Below are positions 59,589 through 64,000 of a stretch of 64,000 bases of DNA, in pieces. The DNA is taken from positions 1 through 64,000 of the forward strand of contig JAZAMN010000030.1 of NCBI GenBank assembly GCA_036229005.1, written 5' to 3'. Made by a program: the position numbers and the translations under genes. The DNA is from Myxococcota bacterium. Lineage in GTDB: Bacteria > Myxococcota_A > UBA796 > CAJQPC01. A model generated the notes under the pieces. That model ran no database searches. It saw only the letters and a program-made list of their open reading frames with translations, and was not told the origin of the DNA. Position 1 is the stretch's first letter; every line of letters begins with the position of its first letter.

Positions 59589-59629
59589 GGGGAGTGAAGG
59601 CCCTGACTCTGGCGTGATAGGACCCAACC

Positions 59630-60595
59630 GTGGCTGTACTCCCCCACCGGCTGCGCCCAAGGATCGCCTCCTTGCCCCCCCGAGCGCTGCGCTCCTTGCT
59701 GCGCTTCGGGCCGCGCTCCCGCAGACTCAGCGCTGCCCGCCGTCTGGCCGAGCTCGGAGACCCGGAGAGCGCGCTCCCAGCGCTGCTGAGTGCCCCCGAG
59801 CCCGGCCTGCGGCGCGTCGCTGCGGCCTGCAGTCCTCCCGACCAGGTCCGCGACGCCTTGGAGCGGGAACGAAGCACCTCGGTGGCGGTCGCGATGTCTC
59901 TGCGGTGTCTACAGGCCGGCCAACCTCAGGCGGTGATCCACGGGCTGCTCCGGCGCCGCTGTCTGGTCCCTGTCCCCCTCCCCGAAGGCTCCCGGGTCCC
60001 AGAGTCTGCCCTGGGGATGGGCCTCGCGAGCCCGGAGCGCCTGCTGGACGAGCGCCTGGACGGCAGCACCCGGGGCTGGGAGGCTTGGCAGGAGGCGTGG
60101 CGGCAGGCCGGAAAGCGGGAGCAGAACCGGCTGCTGGTGGAGCTGGGGTGGATCGGGGACCCCCGGGCGCTCGGGCTCCTGGAGGGACTGCTCGTCAGCA
60201 TGGACGTGGACCCCGGGCGGGGCTTTGCGTGGCGTCGCCTGTCTGCGCTGGCGATCGGCCGCATCGGGGACCCGGGCGCGACCCCCGCACTCATCCGCGC
60301 GATCGAGGTCGAGGCCGCGGAGCACGAGGGCCGCCCCGGCGCAGGGCTGGGCATCCAGTTCCCCGTGCGGGCGGTGCTCCTGTGGGCGCTGGGTGAGCTG
60401 CAGGACCCCGCGAGCCTCCCGACCCTGCTCGGCCACCTGGACCAGGACGCAGGCAGCGCGCTGGGGGGACTCCACCTGCCGGCGCTGGGGGCGCTCTACA
60501 AGCTGGGTGAGGCCGCGCGGGAGCCTCTGGAGCGGGTCGCGTCGGGGCAGTCCAAGGCCTCGGCCCGGGCGGCTGCGCTGCTGCAGGTCCTCTGA
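59630..60595 (+). CDS. HEAT-repeat protein
   Basis: Repeated LGWIGDPRA / AIGRIGDPGA / ALGELQDPAS units. Confidence 0.75.
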   Translation: MAVLPHRLRPRIASLPPRALRSLLRFGPRSRRLSAARRLAELGDPESALPALLSAPEPGLRRVAAACSPPDQVRDALERERSTSVAVAMSLRCLQAGQPQAVIHGLLRRRCLVPVPLPEGSRVPESALGMGLASPERLLDERLDGSTRGWEAWQEAWRQAGKREQNRLLVELGWIGDPRALGLLEGLLVSMDVDPGRGFAWRRLSALAIGRIGDPGATPALIRAIEVEAAEHEGRPGAGLGIQFPVRAVLLWALGELQDPASLPTLLGHLDQDAGSALGGLHLPALGALYKLGEAAREPLERVASGQSKASARAAALLQVL

Positions 60596-60616
60596 GGCCT
60601 GGGCCTCAAGGCCGAC

Positions 60617-61276
60617 TCAGGGGCGGGAGCTGGTGCTCGCGGTGCCGCCCTCGTGGGCCTCGTACTGGTCGCCGAAGCCGGCCTCGATGCGGACCATGCC
60701 GCCGCGGAAGACCTTGACCGTGTAGATGTCGTGGTCGGTGCCCTTCTGCGCCTTGTTCGCGAACACGTAGTCGATGCTGGACGCATTGCTGCTGTAGCCG
60801 AAGTCGGAGGCGTCGTTGGTGACCCAGCCGCGGGGGTTGAACACGATGGCCGTCACGTCCGGCTCGACCAGGCCCACGTTCTTGACTTTGTAGGTGCCCG
60901 TGGACAGGTCCCGCACGCCCTCTCCGCTGTAGGCGTCCGTGCTCTTGGAGGCCTCGTAGGGGAGTTGGTCCCAGAAGGTGGAGTTCAGGTTCTTGTTGCC
61001 GACGTAGAGCGACCACGCGCCCGCACCCGCGCCGGGGTTGTAGGGGTCGGTGTCGTAGTCGGTGACCACCAGCCGCGTCTCCTTGTCGTTCATGATCGCC
61101 ATCATGCGGAGCTCTTCCACGTCGGCGGCGAACTGCTCGGCGGCGTCCCGGGCCTTGTAGCGGGGGATCAGCTCAGTGAGCGCGCCCACGCCCAGCGCAG
61201 CGAGCACGACGATGAGGCTGATGACGATCATCAGCTCGATCAGGGTGAACGCAGCGCGGGCTCGACGGTGCAGCAT
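60617..61276 (-). CDS. Minor pilin/pseudopilin (FimT/GspH-like)
   Basis: RAA|FTLIELMIVI; IVFNPRGW. Confidence 0.8.
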   Translation of the reverse strand: MLHRRARAAFTLIELMIVISLIVVLAALGVGALTELIPRYKARDAAEQFAADVEELRMMAIMNDKETRLVVTDYDTDPYNPGAGAGAWSLYVGNKNLNSTFWDQLPYEASKSTDAYSGEGVRDLSTGTYKVKNVGLVEPDVTAIVFNPRGWVTNDASDFGYSSNASSIDYVFANKAQKGTDHDIYTVKVFRGGMVRIEAGFGDQYEAHEGGTASTSSRP

Positions 61277-61317
61277 GGGGGGATTGTGGCAGGGGCTGGG
61301 GCGGCTGTCCATGGGGA

Positions 61318-61776
61318 TCAGCCCAGCAACTCGCGCAGCGCCTTGTCGGAGGCCCCTGCGTACTCCTGCGCGCGGCGGGTGTTCAGGCGGGCCAGGAGCT
61401 TGTGGGGGTCGCCGCCCTCTTGCTTGAGGCGGCGGTAGCTCTTCTCGGGCAGCTCCAGCTCCTTGAAGCGGGCCTTGACCTGCGCCCAGGCGGCCTTGTC
61501 GAGCTTGGCCACCGCGTCCTTGTGCAGCCGCTGCAGCTCCTTGGCGCCGCGCTTGTCCCCTCTGGCCTTGAGGGCCTTCTGGATCTTGAAGGAGAGGTCG
61601 ATGAGCTTGGGGAGGCTCGCGTCCTCTGGGACCACCTCCTGGTCCTGCAGGGCGCGCAGCCACGGGCTGTCCGACAGCGACTCCACCAGCGAGGACTGGC
61701 TGGGTGCGGGCGCCTGCTCCCGCGCCTGAAGGTCCTGGGTTCCGGACAGAGCTCCCTTGAGGGCATCCTTGAGCAC
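61318..61776 (-). CDS. Hypothetical basic helical protein
   Basis: GTG start after ggag; Lys/Arg-rich. Confidence 0.55.
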   Translation of the reverse strand: MLKDALKGALSGTQDLQAREQAPAPSQSSLVESLSDSPWLRALQDQEVVPEDASLPKLIDLSFKIQKALKARGDKRGAKELQRLHKDAVAKLDKAAWAQVKARFKELELPEKSYRRLKQEGGDPHKLLARLNTRRAQEYAGASDKALRELLG

Positions 61777-61822
61777 CGCGTCCTCCTGGCTGTGACGGCT
61801 GATCCTGAGCGCCCCTATCCCC

Positions 61823-61851
61823 TTGACGGGCCCCCCGCGATCGCCTAATAG
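61823..61851 (+). promoter_or_regulatory. Sigma70 promoter for rpsD
   Basis: TTGACG-N17-TAATAG. Confidence 0.7.
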
Positions 61852-61963
61852 CGCGGGGTTGTCGCCAGGCTCATCTGACGGCAGCGCGCCCTGCGGGCCC
61901 ACGGTCTCCGACCGAAACCCCTCGCAGGGCTGTACTTGCACCAAGAAGAATGGAGCGTGCCAC

Positions 61964-62581
61964 ATGGCTCGTTATCGTGGACCCCGGCTCAAGAAGTGCC
62001 GGGCTGTGGGTGTGGTGCTTCCCGGTCTGACGACCGCCCGTACCCTGGAGCGTCCGACGCCTCCGGGTGTGCACGGCGCTCGTCGTCGCGGCAAGCCCTC
62101 CGACTACAAGGTTCGTCTGATCGAGAAGCAGAAGCTTCGCTTTCACTACGGCATCCTGGAGAAGCAGTTCCGCCGCTACGTCAAGGAGGCCTCCCGCCGC
62201 AAGGGCGCTACCGGTCAGGTCCTCGTGACCCTGCTCGAGAGCCGCCTGGACAACGTGGTCTGGCGCCTCGGTCTGGCCCCCACCATCCCCGCCGCTCGGC
62301 AGATGGTTGTGCACGGCCACATCAAGATCAACGGCAAGCGCGTCGACCGCCCCAGCTACGCCGTGAAGCCCGGCATGCAGATCACCGTGCGTGAGAAGAG
62401 CATGTCCAAGAGCTTCGTGCAGGCACGCCTGGAGCAGTCCGCTGCCAACGTCACCCCCCAGTACCTCGAGTTCGACCCTGCAAAGGCCACCGGATCCATG
62501 ATCCAGGCCCCTGGAATGGACGACCTGCCCTTCCAGTGCAACATGCAGGCCATCATCGAGTTCTACTCCCAGACCCTGTAA
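61964..62581 (+). CDS. rpsD: 30S ribosomal protein S4
   Basis: MARYRGP, EKQKLRFHYG, LESRLDNVV, ARQMVVHGH, IIEFYS. Confidence 0.97.
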   Translation: MARYRGPRLKKCRAVGVVLPGLTTARTLERPTPPGVHGARRRGKPSDYKVRLIEKQKLRFHYGILEKQFRRYVKEASRRKGATGQVLVTLLESRLDNVVWRLGLAPTIPAARQMVVHGHIKINGKRVDRPSYAVKPGMQITVREKSMSKSFVQARLEQSAANVTPQYLEFDPAKATGSMIQAPGMDDLPFQCNMQAIIEFYSQTL

Positions 62582-62596
62582 GGATAGGAGACTCCC

Positions 62597-62791
62597 ATGG
62601 CTAAGAAGGGCCAGGGTCGCGTCATCGTGACCCTCGAGTGCACCGAGTCCCGTCAGGCCGGTGTGAAGGTGCGCGGTGTCAGCCGCTACACCACCACCAA
62701 GAACAAGAAGAACACTCCCGGTCGCCTGGAGCTGATGAAGTACAACCCCTTCCTTCGTCGGCACACCTTGCACCGCGAGATCAAGAAGTAG
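62597..62791 (+). CDS. rpmG: 50S ribosomal protein L33
   Basis: [29 protein letters not shown]. Confidence 0.95.
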   Translation: MAKKGQGRVIVTLECTESRQAGVKVRGVSRYTTTKNKKNTPGRLELMKYNPFLRRHTLHREIKK

Positions 62792-62797
62792 GTGGGT

Positions 62798-63286
62798 ATG
62801 GGGCGCAATCGCCGCGCCCCTCCTTCCGCAAAGGCCCGCGCCGTGGACCTCCTCTCCAGGAGGGAACACGGGCGGGCCGAGCTTCTCTGGAAGCTGCTCC
62901 AGAAGGAGCACCCCCGGGGGGAGGCTGAGGCCGCGCTGGATGCCCTGGAGGACCTGGGGCTGCTGAACGATCTGCGCGCCGCGCAAGGTCTGGCCCGCTA
63001 CTACGCCGAGCTGCGGGGCTATGGTCCCCGTCGCCTCCAGCAGGTGCTCACGCGCGAGCGCCGGTTGCCCTCGGACCTGGTGGATCAAGCCATCGAAGCG
63101 CTGGAGCGGGACTTCTCCGAGGCCTGCCTGGACGCCGCCCGACGCAAGGGGCTCAAGGGCAGCGAGCGCAAGGATGAGCAGCGGCTCCTGCGGTATCTGG
63201 TGGGGCGTGGGTACACCCCCTCACAAGCCTATGCCGCCCTGGACATCGTGCGGGCCGAGCGCGCAGACGAGGACACCGGGGCCTGA
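62798..63286 (+). CDS. recX: Regulatory protein RecX
   Basis: LLSRREHGRAEL, LLNDLR, YGPRRL, RYLVGRGY. Confidence 0.85.
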   Translation: MGRNRRAPPSAKARAVDLLSRREHGRAELLWKLLQKEHPRGEAEAALDALEDLGLLNDLRAAQGLARYYAELRGYGPRRLQQVLTRERRLPSDLVDQAIEALERDFSEACLDAARRKGLKGSERKDEQRLLRYLVGRGYTPSQAYAALDIVRAERADEDTGA

Positions 63287-63291
63287 TCCGC

Positions 63292-63897
63292 TCAGCGGGG
63301 TCGGCGCCCCTTCCTGCCCTTGCCTTTGCGGCGCCCCCGACCTCCCTTGGGCGGCGGCGGGCCCTGTTGACCGCGCGTCTGCTTTGTGGGGGCGGGCACC
63401 CCGGCCTGCTCCTGGCGAACACCCGGCAGCAGGTCCCCGCCGGGGGCCGGATCCAAGGAGAAGGCGCTGCCCGTGGTGAGCAGGTTGCGCGCCAGCACCG
63501 CGAGCACCACCCCCAACAGCGGCAGAATCAGCGCAGCCGGCTGCAGGGTGCTCACCTTACGGTTGTCTACAGACACCGCGAAGGAGAAGGGGTCTTTGTG
63601 GACCACCGGGGCGTCTACGGGGACCTCCATCGGGGGCAGCGCCTGGCGCTCCAGGGGCAGCCCCTTGGTGGTGGAGGCGGGCAGCACCCGCTCCTCGAGC
63701 TGCTGCCCAGGCCGCACGATGAGCACCTTTCGGTCGCCGTCCTCGCTGACCTCCTGGTCCAGCGGGCGCCAGCTCACGGCCTGGCCGTGGTAGCTGTCGA
63801 ACCAGCCGCCCAGGGCCAGGAAGGCCAGGATGGCGATGGGGACTGCGACTGCAATCAGCTTGATGGTGGACCGTAGGCCCGGAGAATGGTCTCGCAT
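63292..63897 (-). CDS. Hypothetical 2-TM protein with basic tail
   Basis: Two hydrophobic segments; GRGRRKGKGRK tail. Confidence 0.6.
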   Translation of the reverse strand: MRDHSPGLRSTIKLIAVAVPIAILAFLALGGWFDSYHGQAVSWRPLDQEVSEDGDRKVLIVRPGQQLEERVLPASTTKGLPLERQALPPMEVPVDAPVVHKDPFSFAVSVDNRKVSTLQPAALILPLLGVVLAVLARNLLTTGSAFSLDPAPGGDLLPGVRQEQAGVPAPTKQTRGQQGPPPPKGGRGRRKGKGRKGRRPR

Positions 63898-63941
63898 CGG
63901 GATACGCTAACAGGAGGCCACAGCAAGGGAGGCCCGACCTC

Positions 63942-64000
63942 ATGCTCTGGATCCTCGCCCTGATGGCCTGGCTGCTGTCTGCACCGGCCCAGGCGGCCGA
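63942..64000 (+). CDS. Partial CDS (signal peptide) truncated by the window end
   Basis: gggagg RBS, then MLWILALMAWLLSAPAQAA. Confidence 0.5.
   Translation, partial: MLWILALMAWLLSAPAQAA

Overview
High-GC bacterial chromosomal window. Gene content (MglA GTPase, pilC-pilS-pilR-pilA-pilG-like cluster, sigma54 circuitry) points to a Myxococcota/deltaproteobacterial organism; this is inferred, not searched. In order, it contains: an IS256 at the left edge; an MglA-type GTPase operon lacking MglB, with DUF4388/PATAN-like paralogs, an HhH protein and an extended HU; three sulfatase-like genes; an ArsR-rhodanese/MFS pair; a sigma54-driven SulP/porin unit; a split type IV pilus locus with a TMTC-like glycosyltransferase next to pilA; crtA/crtD-like genes; a folK ORF in frame with transaldolase; fadR-etfBA with a clear operator; a lipoprotein trio; a 10-gene Mrp antiporter operon; a DnaA-box cluster; and rpsD-rpmG-recX. 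The two most novel-looking items are (i) a stand-alone 258-aa protein (47593-48369) combining a degenerate UmuD/LexA-like S24 domain, a degenerate Y-family polymerase palm and a terminal beta-clamp motif (QLTLF), with repeated operator-like sites upstream, and (ii) the MglA-HhH-HU operon (1602-6111). No rRNA, tRNA or CRISPR array was seen. All family calls come from motif recognition by eye; no database searches were run.
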